DNA of 63,253 nt, filler included, from Bradymonadales bacterium (GTDB lineage: Bacteria; Bdellovibrionota; UBA2394): the NCBI GenBank assembly GCA_007693605.1. It is 7 parts of 7 records of this genome, joined end to end, with 100 filler letters (N's around TTAATTAATTAA, not from the genome) between each part and the next. Parts side by side here need not be neighbours in the genome. Positions count along the whole stretch, not along the records: positions 47,053 to 55,384 come from REDG01000010.1; positions 55,485 to 63,253 come from REDG01000009.1; 5 more parts are not named here. One strand, 5' to 3'. Below are positions 52,516-61,714 of the stretch, in pieces (position 1 is the first letter of the stretch; every line of letters begins with the position of its first letter). Position numbers and translations under genes: made by a program. Below the pieces are notes generated by a model. The model was given only the letters and a program-made list of their open reading frames with translations, ran no database searches and had not been told where the DNA came from.

Positions 52516-52794
52516 GTTTAAATATGTTTTTCTGTGCCTAGCCATATCGGCCTTGGCCCCGAAGGGACAACGGCTTATCACTGGATCTCTTGACGCGTCG
52601 GGTAACAATACAGAGCGCAAGCAGGAATGGGAAAGGTCAGTGGGGCTTAACAGTGAAAGCGCCGGAATCATTTACCCACCTGCCGGGGACCTTCAATGAA
52701 GGCCATCCTCAGAACCCAGCCCAAAAGACTTATCCACATCGCGTTGTAAAGATCTCGATAGACAGACCCACAGAGATCTCATTAGCCTTAGTGA

Positions 52795-53616
52795 GTGGAG
52801 GGTGATGAGCTTCTCGTCTTGATCGTTTCGGCGCTGGTCGCTTTGGGTGGAGTCTTTTCCACACAGACGCTCTCACTTCACCGTCTCTATGTTGAGCGGA
52901 ATGCGGGAATCGGCCTCAGCCGCTTGTCCGTTTTGCTAAGCCTTCTTTGGGTGTTGTTTGTTATTTTCTTTTTTGCTGACGAGAGCGTAAGGGGTATCTA
53001 TGTGCTCTTCTATATGGTGATGGCCTATGCCGTGATTAAGGTCCTTGGCCAAGTCTCAGTTAGGATTCTAACTTTTAGTCTGCGAGTGGATGTCTATGAG
53101 AGAAGAAATCTTGCCGCTGCTCTTGTGGTTTCGAGTTTCACTTTGGCGACCGGTATCATTTTCGGCTGTAGTCTATGGGGCGATGCTGATCCTCTCTCCG
53201 GAAGTGAAGGGGGCTGGTGGATTCCCTTAGGGTTTTTTGCCCTAGGTTGGTCGGTATTAGTTGGTCTCTGTTTTTTGTTCATCTGGCGAGATCCAAACCC
53301 AGTTCGAACTCGAATCCGGCAAGACAGAAGCCTCGGCGAGGGGTTTTCGCTCTCTGCCTTCATTTTGAGTAGCAGCATTGTTATTGGGGATGCTGTTTCG
53401 GGTCACTTTTTAGGTTGGAGTGAAAGTCTTCTCGGATTTGGAGCCATTGTAGGAATGTTGATCTTTCATGAGATTGTGAGTCCCCGCCCCAGTTTAAGGC
53501 GGCACGGGACCGCGCCGCTTCGTCTCTCGGAAGCACTGGGCTATCTCTTCTTGGCTGTTTTGTCTCTCATTGCTGGGTGGGTCATCAACAATTATGTATT
53601 GGGCATTTTCTCATGA
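52795..53616 (+). CDS. Polytopic membrane protein (DUF350-like)
   Basis: About eight hydrophobic segments; ERRNLAAAL and IRQDRSLG half-repeats; coupled to next gene. Confidence 0.7.
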   Translation: MEGDELLVLIVSALVALGGVFSTQTLSLHRLYVERNAGIGLSRLSVLLSLLWVLFVIFFFADESVRGIYVLFYMVMAYAVIKVLGQVSVRILTFSLRVDVYERRNLAAALVVSSFTLATGIIFGCSLWGDADPLSGSEGGWWIPLGFFALGWSVLVGLCFLFIWRDPNPVRTRIRQDRSLGEGFSLSAFILSSSIVIGDAVSGHFLGWSESLLGFGAIVGMLIFHEIVSPRPSLRRHGTAPLRLSEALGYLFLAVLSLIAGWVINNYVLGIFS

Positions 53617-54803
53617 AATTCTGTTCTCTCGGTATTTCAGATAGCGAGCTTCACGAAATGATTCGACAGCTTCAGTTTCGCTACGCGAAGTGGGACATTC
53701 ATGTCGCCGGAAAGAAGAAGATTACCCACGATGCCCTGGCGATTAGCCCCGAAGAACATGAGCATCTCATTTTTCTCTCCAGAAAAATTTCAAGACTTCT
53801 TGAGAAGATTGAGCTCAATCTTAAGAAGTCGCCAGAGTTTTTGGAATCTTTGGGCATCCCTGCTGAAGTCTTTGAGATCATTGCTGTAGAACCGCCGAGT
53901 CCCTTTCAAATTGCGCGCTATGATTACTTCAAGACAACAGATGGGCGTTGGATTCTGTCGGAATTCAATGAGGATGTTCCTGGTGGGTTCAATGAAGCGG
54001 TGGGGGTGACTGAGTTTCTCTCTCAGTACTATCCAGATAGTCTTCCATCGAGTTTTGCGGATCACTTTATGAAGGGAATGAGCAGGTTTTCTTCTGTCGC
54101 CCTCAGCTATGCCACTGGCTACAGTGAGGACCTGCAGCATATGCTCATTTTGGAGAAGCTTTTGAATCGAGCGGGAATTTCGACCGTAAGATGCGCGCCT
54201 AGCCACATTCGCTGCGGCTGGAGACGGGTGAGTGCACTGGGTACAGATATCGACGCAGTTATTCGATTCTATCCATCTGAATGGTTTCCGCACCTGCCCA
54301 ATCTGGCACATTGGAAGCGAGTACTAACGAGAATCAATATGATCAATCCTCTTTCAAGAATCATACGACAGAGTAAAAACCTGTTCTTTCTTTGGGAGAG
54401 CTTTGATTTCTTAAGCAGAGAGGAAAAGGATTTTATTCTGTCGCTTACCCCCAGAACGCATCCTGTCGGTATAGACATTGCGGATGAGGCACGACACAAT
54501 CGAGAGGTTTGGGTTCTCAAGCATGCTTTCGGCAGAATGGGAGATTCTGTGGTGATTGGAAAACTTGTCACCCAAGAAGTCTGGGAGGGGGCTCTGAAAG
54601 AAGCCCTCACCAAGACGGGGGAGTTTAGCCTTCAGGAGTTCTTCGCAACTGAGGCCCTCGTTCACAATCAGACGCATATATACCCGACAGTTGGTGTCTA
54701 TCTGGTTAACGGCGACTTCGGTGGATATTACAGTCGGTCAGCAATTAAACCCTTTTTTACACATGAGGCAAACTATGTCCCAACTTTGGTTACGACTGCT
54801 TGA
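53613..54803 (+). CDS. Glutathionylspermidine-synthase-family ATP-grasp ligase
   Basis: ARYD, EFNEDVP, RFYPSEW, QSKN, VLKHAFGRMG, QEF, GVYLV; ATGA overlap at 53613. Confidence 0.85.
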   Translation: MKFCSLGISDSELHEMIRQLQFRYAKWDIHVAGKKKITHDALAISPEEHEHLIFLSRKISRLLEKIELNLKKSPEFLESLGIPAEVFEIIAVEPPSPFQIARYDYFKTTDGRWILSEFNEDVPGGFNEAVGVTEFLSQYYPDSLPSSFADHFMKGMSRFSSVALSYATGYSEDLQHMLILEKLLNRAGISTVRCAPSHIRCGWRRVSALGTDIDAVIRFYPSEWFPHLPNLAHWKRVLTRINMINPLSRIIRQSKNLFFLWESFDFLSREEKDFILSLTPRTHPVGIDIADEARHNREVWVLKHAFGRMGDSVVIGKLVTQEVWEGALKEALTKTGEFSLQEFFATEALVHNQTHIYPTVGVYLVNGDFGGYYSRSAIKPFFTHEANYVPTLVTTA

Positions 54804-55384
54804 GTGGCTCGGAAGTGTACGCATTCCCCTCGATTTTCTTTCCAAGTCGAAGCAGGTTCGAATTGGAAACCCGATGGGGACAGACTTTCTGAAGAACTTG
54901 GGCTGGAAGCGGTACTTGAATGCCGAGGATCTTTACTATGTCTGGAGTCCTCCGATTGATTCGCCTTGGGAGGCCTACCACTGTCTTCCTCTTTTCGCGG
55001 CGGTGGATGCCATCCCAAATTCTCAGATAGGGCCGATTGAAGCGGATCGGTTCAGGTGGCAGATGCCCACGAACCTTGAGAGCCCTGCTTGGGCCACTCC
55101 TGAGTGTCTTTACTTTGTGGATCTCCAGGGCCCAGAAAGCGTGGCTCTTGGTGCTTATCTGGTTGCAGCCCTGAAGGCTCAACCCATTTGCACCTTTGAT
55201 AATTGGCCAGCGCCAAACGCTCTTCTGGCTATCGAGGACACTCTTGCGGCCCTTCTTTATTTTGCCGCCTTTGTGAGTAAATTTCGAAGTCAGATGAAGC
55301 ACGATGCTCCTCCTGTCTGGATCTGCGAGGCAGGGCGATTGGGTACCCGCCCTGGAATGCCACGAGAGTTTGACAATCGTTATT
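54775..55384 (+). CDS. Hypothetical protein, contig-truncated
   Basis: Open to the linker; VDLQGPESVALG, TFDNWP, FDNRY; start uncertain (54775 or 54874). Confidence 0.75.
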
Positions 55385-55484
55385 NNNNNNNNNNNNNNNN
55401 NNNNNNNNNNNNNNNNNNNNNNNNNNNNTTAATTAATTAANNNNNNNNNNNNNNNNNNNNNNNNNNNNNNNNNNNNNNNNNNNN
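55385..55484. other. Artificial contig linker
   Basis: N44-TTAATTAATTAA-N44. Confidence 0.99.
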
Positions 55485-55652
55485 CGCCACTCCCCATGAA
55501 CCGCTAAAGGCCCATCTGCTTCGGCGGCTGCGTCGCTGCGCTTCTCGAGTGGCATTTGAACCACACTGCGATGCTCGCTTCTTGCCTTCTCGCATCTGGA
55601 CCCTTAGCGCCACTCCCCATGAACCGCTAAAGGCCCATCTGCTTCGGCGGCT
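55485..55652 (+). repeat. Family A tandem array, 123-bp period
   Basis: CGCCACTCCCCATGAACCGCTAAAGGCCCATCTGCTTCGGCGGCT at 55485 and 55608. Confidence 0.95.
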
Positions 55653-55692
55653 ATGAATTACTCAAGGCCCATCGGGCTTGCTTGGGTTGGCT

Positions 55693-55719
55693 AGTCTGGC
55701 TCGTTCGTCTCCCGACCCC
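55693..55719 (-). repeat. 27-bp dispersed repeat (family C), second copy
   Basis: Reverse complement of 37875-37901. Confidence 0.9.
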
Positions 55720-55723
55720 TTCC

Positions 55724-56251
55724 CTAGTTTTTGAGGGAGTAGCGCTGTCGAAACTCTGTTAAGTTTTTGGGGAGATCGGCAGGGGGTTCGGCTTGCGGGT
55801 TCTTTCCGTTCTCAGTCCAAAGAATCTTTCCATCCGAGTTTAACCGAAGGCTTTGCCAGGAACTCAAGGAATAAACAGACTTTTCATCGGTGGCGCTCAA
55901 GTACAGGAGCAGTCGGGCATCTTTCTCAAGTTTGGGGGCGCCATGAACGAGGGTCGTTAGCCGTTGAGTGCCGTGAGGACTTTTCAAGTCATAGGTCCCG
56001 CCAACTCCCAAAACAAAAAAGCGACCTTCGATTTTGCCCTTGAGGCAGTCTTCAATCAATGTCACTTCAGCGAGGGTTTCGACTTGGTCTCCGCGAAGTC
56101 GTGTCTCTGTCTCTTGAATCAAAATGGGGCATATGAATTCTGCGGATGCAATCTGTCTCTCAATCGGTTCGGCCATGAAGCTGGAGGCCTTGAGGTCATA
56201 TGCGATCAGACTGAAAAAACACACTAGAACCCAGATTTTAATACAGCGCAT
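55724..56251 (-). CDS. Hypothetical exported protein
   Basis: SD GGAGGG, signal peptide ending LKA, beta-rich body. Confidence 0.8.
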   Translation of the reverse strand: MRCIKIWVLVCFFSLIAYDLKASSFMAEPIERQIASAEFICPILIQETETRLRGDQVETLAEVTLIEDCLKGKIEGRFFVLGVGGTYDLKSPHGTQRLTTLVHGAPKLEKDARLLLYLSATDEKSVYSLSSWQSLRLNSDGKILWTENGKNPQAEPPADLPKNLTEFRQRYSLKN

Positions 56252-56323
56252 TTTGTCCCTCCATTTTCTGAGTTTACCAGAATGAACTTTTCTTTCGAAG
56301 GGAATGCAGGCAAATTGGAGAGA

Positions 56324-57010
56324 ATGAAAACCATCCTGGGCAGTATCTTGCTCGCTTTCATCGTTTTAGCCGATAAGGCCCTAGAAGCCTCCGATCTCTT
56401 GGCGCAAAGCGAAATTACTGGCGAGGAGTCTGGCTTGCAAGAGAGTCTTGCGAGAGAGAGGGCAAGGATTTTGGAGTATATTCGGGCTGAGTTGCAGCCC
56501 GGTCTGATTGATCGAGATGTGCAGAGGCTCAGGCGAAATGTCATGCGGCTTGGGAGCTTTCGGGCGGAGTGGTCAAGAGATGCCAGAGAGTTTTTGCTGG
56601 CGAACTCAAGTTTGGCCGAATGGTATCTTTACGATTATGCGAGAATCCAAAACCCGAGCCTGAATCGACGGATTATTGAGACATTTTTAGAATTCCCAAG
56701 TTTTCAAGAACCCTTGGCAGTTCTGGCTTTTGCCAGAGATTTGGAGCTGAACGACGGGGGTCATTCCCTGTTGCTCCAGCTCTTTGAACATGTGGTTCGG
56801 CTTCATCCAGAGACGGCGGGCTGGTACCAGGCTTTTGTTCGCTCCCATTGGGCAGATCGGGTCTCTGAGATCGAGCGCATGCAGTTTGAGCTTCAGCTTT
56901 GTCCGCTTCCCGCCGCCTTGCCACCTCTTTTGGCGGATCCTCGGGCTCGTGAAGGAATTTGGACTAGAATTTTTCGATCGGCTCTGGAGAACTGCCGTCG
57001 ATTTCTGTAA
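56324..57010 (+). CDS. Hypothetical exported helical protein
   Basis: Start placed at ATG 56324 (MKTILGSILLAFIVLA), signal-peptide-like. Confidence 0.7.
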   Translation: MKTILGSILLAFIVLADKALEASDLLAQSEITGEESGLQESLARERARILEYIRAELQPGLIDRDVQRLRRNVMRLGSFRAEWSRDAREFLLANSSLAEWYLYDYARIQNPSLNRRIIETFLEFPSFQEPLAVLAFARDLELNDGGHSLLLQLFEHVVRLHPETAGWYQAFVRSHWADRVSEIERMQFELQLCPLPAALPPLLADPRAREGIWTRIFRSALENCRRFL

Positions 57011-57013
57011 TTC

Positions 57014-58099
57014 ATGAAACCAATGCAAGAGCGCAAGCCAGGCAACGGAAAACCTGAAGTGAGAGTGGTGGTGAGCGACTTTCATTTGGGGGAGGGTCGA
57101 AGAAACTGGGATGGAACTCTTAATATCCTAGAAGACTTCTCGGCCGATGCCCGCTTCGTTGAATTTTTAGATTATCTCAATCAGGCCTATGAATCTGTCG
57201 AGCTTGTTTTGGCTGGCAACTTTTTTGAGATGCTTCGCTGTCGTATGGGTCAAGATTTTCCCGATATCATGTACGAGACCTATGCGCTTGAGTTGGTTCG
57301 AGTTCAAATGGAGGGGCATTCAGAGGTCATGGATGCCCTCAAGAGATTTCTCAGTAAAGACGCCAACCGTCTTGTCTATTTGGTGGGCGAGGCAGACCTT
57401 GGAGTCCTATGGCCGAGGGTTCAGGACGAGTTGAAAGCTAGAATTTCGAAGAAGATCGAGTTTGTCGGATCGAAGTATTTCAAGGATGGTATTTGGATCG
57501 AGCACGGAGATCAGTACGAATCGATGTACAATTTTGACTGGAAAGATCCGTTTCGTTTGGTAGAAGATCTTCCCATTTTGAAGCTCCCTTGGGGGGCGTT
57601 TTTCTTTGCCCACTTTGTGCAGCCGCTGCGAAGAATTCGGCCTCAATTCTATCGTGTCAGACCAATGAAAGCCTATTTGACTTGGACCTTCTTGTTTGAA
57701 ACCCGGTTTCTGTTGAAAATCATTGCCCAATTCGGGAGGCTTTTGTGGAGATCGTTTTCAAGAAAGCAGTATCCGGGTTCGGCCTGGTGGGATGTGATGA
57801 AAGTTTTTCATCGCTCGGTTGACTCAGACAGTCTTGAGAGAAGGGCAGAGGCCATTTTGCAGGACGATTCCGTCAACAAGGTGATTTTCGGTTACACGCA
57901 TCTTTCAAACTATAGACAGTTTCGCAATGGAAAGGAGTATTTCAATGCTGGGACTTGGACATCGCATCTGAGTCTAGAGATGCGGCACCTCGGCAACACT
58001 CAGAAGCTTAACTTTGTCCTGATTGAGTTGAGAGACGAGCCGCGGGCGAAGCTGATGGAATGGCAGGGAAAATACGAACCCGTCGCAGACTTTACCTAG
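57014..58099 (+). CDS. Calcineurin-like metallophosphoesterase with altered metal motifs
   Basis: SDFHLG, AGNFFE, VGEADL, EHGD, FGYTH, YFNAGTW. Confidence 0.8.
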   Translation: MKPMQERKPGNGKPEVRVVVSDFHLGEGRRNWDGTLNILEDFSADARFVEFLDYLNQAYESVELVLAGNFFEMLRCRMGQDFPDIMYETYALELVRVQMEGHSEVMDALKRFLSKDANRLVYLVGEADLGVLWPRVQDELKARISKKIEFVGSKYFKDGIWIEHGDQYESMYNFDWKDPFRLVEDLPILKLPWGAFFFAHFVQPLRRIRPQFYRVRPMKAYLTWTFLFETRFLLKIIAQFGRLLWRSFSRKQYPGSAWWDVMKVFHRSVDSDSLERRAEAILQDDSVNKVIFGYTHLSNYRQFRNGKEYFNAGTWTSHLSLEMRHLGNTQKLNFVLIELRDEPRAKLMEWQGKYEPVADFT

Positions 58100-58134
58100 T
58101 GGTCCAGCCGGTAAACTTTTTCATGGTTGACCAC
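58099..58134. repeat. Collapsed copy of the terminal repeat of the 62990 element
   Basis: GTGGTCCAGCCGGTAAACTTTTTCATGGTTGACCAC vs GTGGTCCAACCGGTAAATTTTTTCATG. Confidence 0.8.
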
Positions 58135-58204
58135 AAGTCTAGTAATTTCACTGGCCTTCCGTTCTATTGATTGAGACGATAAAGACGGGAAAAAGGAGAA
58201 GGCT

Positions 58205-59518
58205 ATGGATTTTCGTCCACGAGAGTTTTCATCAAAGTCAGTCGTTGTGGTCGCCGGAGTGCGGACTCCATTTGCGAAGTCTGGCACTAAGCTTGCCGGC
58301 ATGGGAGCGGTGGAGCTGGGAGTTCGAGCGCTTCAGGAAGCTCTGGCGCAAGCCGAACTTCGTGGAGATGAAGTCGATCATGTTGTGATTGGAAATGTGG
58401 CTCAGCCCGCGGATGCCGCGAATGCGGCTAGAGTGATTGCCCTGTTTGCGGGAGTGCCGGATTCTGTTCCCGCCGTGACCGTTCATCGAAACTGTGCCAG
58501 CGGAATGGAGTCGATCAGCGAGGGGGCGCTTCAAATTGCTACGGGTCAGGCCCAGGTCGTCGCGGTGGGGGGTACGGAGAGCATGAGTCAGATTCCCCTC
58601 ATGTTTAGTGAGGATTTTAAAAATAGGTTCTTTGAGTTTGCCTTTGCGAAAAGTCTTGGCAAGCGTTTAAAAGCCATTCGACAGCTTCGTTTGAAGTCAT
58701 TGAAGCCGATTGTCGGAATTGAGTGCGGATTAAGAGATCCGGTTTCGGGAATGAATATGGGACAAACGGCAGAACGCCTGGCTCTAGACTTTGGCATCAG
58801 CCGAAAGGAGCAAGACGAGTTTGCACTGCGCTCGCATCAGCTGGCGGTTGCCGCAAAGGCGAGACTCAGAGAAGAGTCTTTGAGTCTTCCCATTGGCCCC
58901 GGCTTTAAAGAAAGTCTTTCGGAAGACATTGGGCCGAGAGAGGGTCAGACTCTTGAGCAGTTGGCAAAGCTCAAACCCTATTTTGATCGTAAGCACGGAA
59001 CGGTGACGGTGGGAAATGCCTGCCCCATTACCGATGGTGCCGCCATGTTGATCTTGATGGAAGAAGAGAGGGCTCGAGCCGAAGGCAGAAAGATACTCGG
59101 TCGAATTCATTCGGTTTGCTTTGCGGGCTGTCAGCCAGAGAGAATGGGCTTAGGCCCTGTCTTTTCGAGCCCCCGGGCCCTAAAGGCCGCCGGCAAGAGT
59201 CTGAGTGAGATGTCTTTGGTAGAAATTAACGAAGCCTTTGCCGCCCAAGTTCTTGCATGCCTTCGGGCTTTCGAGTCGAAAGATTTTGCTCAACAGTTTT
59301 TGGGTCAGTCGGAAGCTCTTGGAAAGATAGAGATGGAGCGATTGAATGTAAACGGGGGGGCGATTGCCCTGGGGCATCCTGTTGGAACTTCTGGAACTCG
59401 ACTGGTCTTGACGGTTTTGAAAGAGCTTGAGAGACGCAAGCAAGCCTTCGGTCTGGCCACTCTTTGCATCGGAGGAGGGCAAGGCGGCGCCTGCGTGGTG
59501 GAGAGCCTGGCCGCTTGA
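58205..59518 (+). CDS. fadI: 3-ketoacyl-CoA thiolase
   Basis: RTPFAK, NCASGM, NEAFAAQ, GGAIALGHP, LCIGGGQG; paired with FadJ-like gene. Confidence 0.85.
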   Translation: MDFRPREFSSKSVVVVAGVRTPFAKSGTKLAGMGAVELGVRALQEALAQAELRGDEVDHVVIGNVAQPADAANAARVIALFAGVPDSVPAVTVHRNCASGMESISEGALQIATGQAQVVAVGGTESMSQIPLMFSEDFKNRFFEFAFAKSLGKRLKAIRQLRLKSLKPIVGIECGLRDPVSGMNMGQTAERLALDFGISRKEQDEFALRSHQLAVAAKARLREESLSLPIGPGFKESLSEDIGPREGQTLEQLAKLKPYFDRKHGTVTVGNACPITDGAAMLILMEEERARAEGRKILGRIHSVCFAGCQPERMGLGPVFSSPRALKAAGKSLSEMSLVEINEAFAAQVLACLRAFESKDFAQQFLGQSEALGKIEMERLNVNGGAIALGHPVGTSGTRLVLTVLKELERRKQAFGLATLCIGGGQGGACVVESLAA

Positions 59519-59551
59519 GAGAAGAAAAATTTAGATTAAGGGAGATTTTGT

Positions 59552-61714
59552 ATGGAAGCAGGAGCGCAAGAATTAGGTCAATTGGATAGTCCGCGACATA
59601 CGGAACTAATTGTTCATGAGTCTGAGCGAGCGGAGATTGTCGTTTCAACTCCTGAGAAGTCGGTGAATATTCTCACACGGGAGTGTTTTCAGGAGTTCAG
59701 GGAGCATTTCGCAATTCTCAAGGCGAAGCCGGGGATTAAGACCTTAGTGATTTACTCGAAGAAGCCTGGAGTTTTCTTTGCTGGGGCCGACCTCAACGAG
59801 ATTTATGCTATGAAGTCGAAAGACGAGGCCTTTTCTTTGGTGCAAGAAGTGCAGGACCTTTTCAATGAATTGGAATCCTTGCCTCAGGTGACGGTGGCTG
59901 CCATCGATGGAATTTGCATGGGGGGCGGCTTGGAGCTGGCTTTGGCCTGCAACTATCGAGTTTGTAGCAATTCGCCCAAGACGAAGCTCGCGCTGCCCGA
60001 GGTGATGTTGGGAGTGCTTCCCGGGGCAGGGGGAACGCAACGCTTGCCGAAAGTGCTGCCTCTTTTAGAGGCCATCAAAATGATCACTTCGGGAGCCGCA
60101 GTCGATTCCAGAAAGGCTTTGAAGATCGGCTTGGTGTCTGATGTGATGCCTTCTGAGAGAATGCTTGAGATCGTTCGAGAGAAACTCAAAGACGGTTCAT
60201 ACAAGAGGTGGGATAGGAAACAAAAGTTTTCAGAGTCTTTACTTCGAATGAAACCTGTTCGATCTTTTATTTTTTCCCAAGCCAAGAAGCAGATACTCGC
60301 CAAAACCAAGGGTTTTTATCCGGCGCCACTGAAGGCCCTTTCGGTGGTTGAGCGAACGGCCTCGACGGATCTAAAGACGGGTCTATCTATTGAGGCCGCC
60401 GGCTTTGTTGAGCTGGCGACGGGCCCCGTGGCCAAAAACTTGATGGGAATTTTCTTTGCTGATGAAGAGCTTAAAAAAACAAGGGGCGTGGGTGCTCATG
60501 AGGCCCCCGACTTCAAACCCAAGAAGATTGATCGCGTTGGGGTCTTGGGTGCCGGAATTATGGGCGGCGGCATCTCTGCCGTAGCGGCAAAGCGAGGGAT
60601 TCAAGTTCGAGTGAAAGACATCTCAGAGGAGTCTTTAGGGACCGCCTTAAAAACGGCGAATGATCTTTTTAAGAGGGACTTTCAGAGAAGGAAGATCGAT
60701 TTGGCGGAGTTTCAAAAACGGAAGTTTCGCATTTCGACGAGTCTCGAGTGGCAGGGTTTTCGGCAAATGCCACTGGTCATCGAGGCCGTCGTTGAAAAAA
60801 TGGAAGTAAAGGTGCAGGTTCTCAAAGAGCTTGAGGCATTGCTTAGCCCCGATGCAGTGATCGCTTCTAACACCAGTTCTTTAAGCATCTCTCAGATGGC
60901 CGCTCAGTTAAAAAATCCGCAGCGCATGGTGGGTCTACATTTTTTCAATCCCGTGCCGATCATGCCCCTCGTTGAGGTGGTTCGGGCAGAACAGAGCTCA
61001 CCTGAGGCGGTGATGCAAACCCTGGCCTTTGCTCGCGCTCTCGGAAAGAAGGCGATTGTGGTGAAAGATCGTCCGGGCTTTTTGATCAACCGAATTTTGA
61101 TGCCCTATTTGATTGAAGCATCCCATCTGCGACAAGATGGCTACAGCGTTTTACAGGTAGACAAAGCGGCGACTCGATTCGGAATGCCGATGGGGCCGTT
61201 TCGGCTTCTGGATGAAATCGGATTGGATACCGCCGCCAAAGTGGCCGACACGATTGCAAGCGCCTTCCCTCATATGAAGGTTCTTCCTTTGATTCATGAG
61301 CTGGCTAAGAAGGGCTATTTGGGAAAAAAGAATGGCAAAGGCTTTTATGAGTATGATGCGAAGGGGAAGTCAAAGGGGGTTCGTTCTGACTTTAGTACGG
61401 CCCCGCAAGATCCAAGTGCAGCGACAGACTCTCTCATTCAAGATCGCCTGATTCTTCCCATGTTGACGGAAGCCAGTATGGCCTTAGAGGAGGGAGTGGT
61501 GGAGACTATTCAAGAAGTTGATTTTGGCTTGATCTACGGGATTGGCTTTCCTCCCTTTCACGGCGGATTGTTAAAATGGGTGAGCAGTGAAGGCGAGCGA
61601 AACATTCTAGATCGCTTTAATGTGATTCACAATGCCACCAAAGGTCGGTTGATGGTCGCAAAAGATCTGGTCCAGCGGGTGAAGTCGGAGCAAGCCTACT
61701 ACCCAAGCGCCTAA
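59552..61714 (+). CDS. fadJ: Fatty-acid oxidation multifunctional enzyme alpha subunit
   Basis: FFAGADL, GGGLELALAC, PEV.LG.LPG.GGTQRL, GAGIMG, SNTSSL, HFFNP, GFPPF.GG. Confidence 0.88.
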   Translation: MEAGAQELGQLDSPRHTELIVHESERAEIVVSTPEKSVNILTRECFQEFREHFAILKAKPGIKTLVIYSKKPGVFFAGADLNEIYAMKSKDEAFSLVQEVQDLFNELESLPQVTVAAIDGICMGGGLELALACNYRVCSNSPKTKLALPEVMLGVLPGAGGTQRLPKVLPLLEAIKMITSGAAVDSRKALKIGLVSDVMPSERMLEIVREKLKDGSYKRWDRKQKFSESLLRMKPVRSFIFSQAKKQILAKTKGFYPAPLKALSVVERTASTDLKTGLSIEAAGFVELATGPVAKNLMGIFFADEELKKTRGVGAHEAPDFKPKKIDRVGVLGAGIMGGGISAVAAKRGIQVRVKDISEESLGTALKTANDLFKRDFQRRKIDLAEFQKRKFRISTSLEWQGFRQMPLVIEAVVEKMEVKVQVLKELEALLSPDAVIASNTSSLSISQMAAQLKNPQRMVGLHFFNPVPIMPLVEVVRAEQSSPEAVMQTLAFARALGKKAIVVKDRPGFLINRILMPYLIEASHLRQDGYSVLQVDKAATRFGMPMGPFRLLDEIGLDTAAKVADTIASAFPHMKVLPLIHELAKKGYLGKKNGKGFYEYDAKGKSKGVRSDFSTAPQDPSAATDSLIQDRLILPMLTEASMALEEGVVETIQEVDFGLIYGIGFPPFHGGLLKWVSSEGERNILDRFNVIHNATKGRLMVAKDLVQRVKSEQAYYPSA

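Noticed and set aside
47286..52564. Integron attC sites delimiting cassettes
   Set aside because: No RYYYAAC...GTTRRRY hairpins and no integrase seen; genes have mixed orientation and own promoters.
55485..55652. Tandem family A units as a CRISPR array
   Set aside because: 123-bp units, no unique 25-45 bp spacers, no cas genes.
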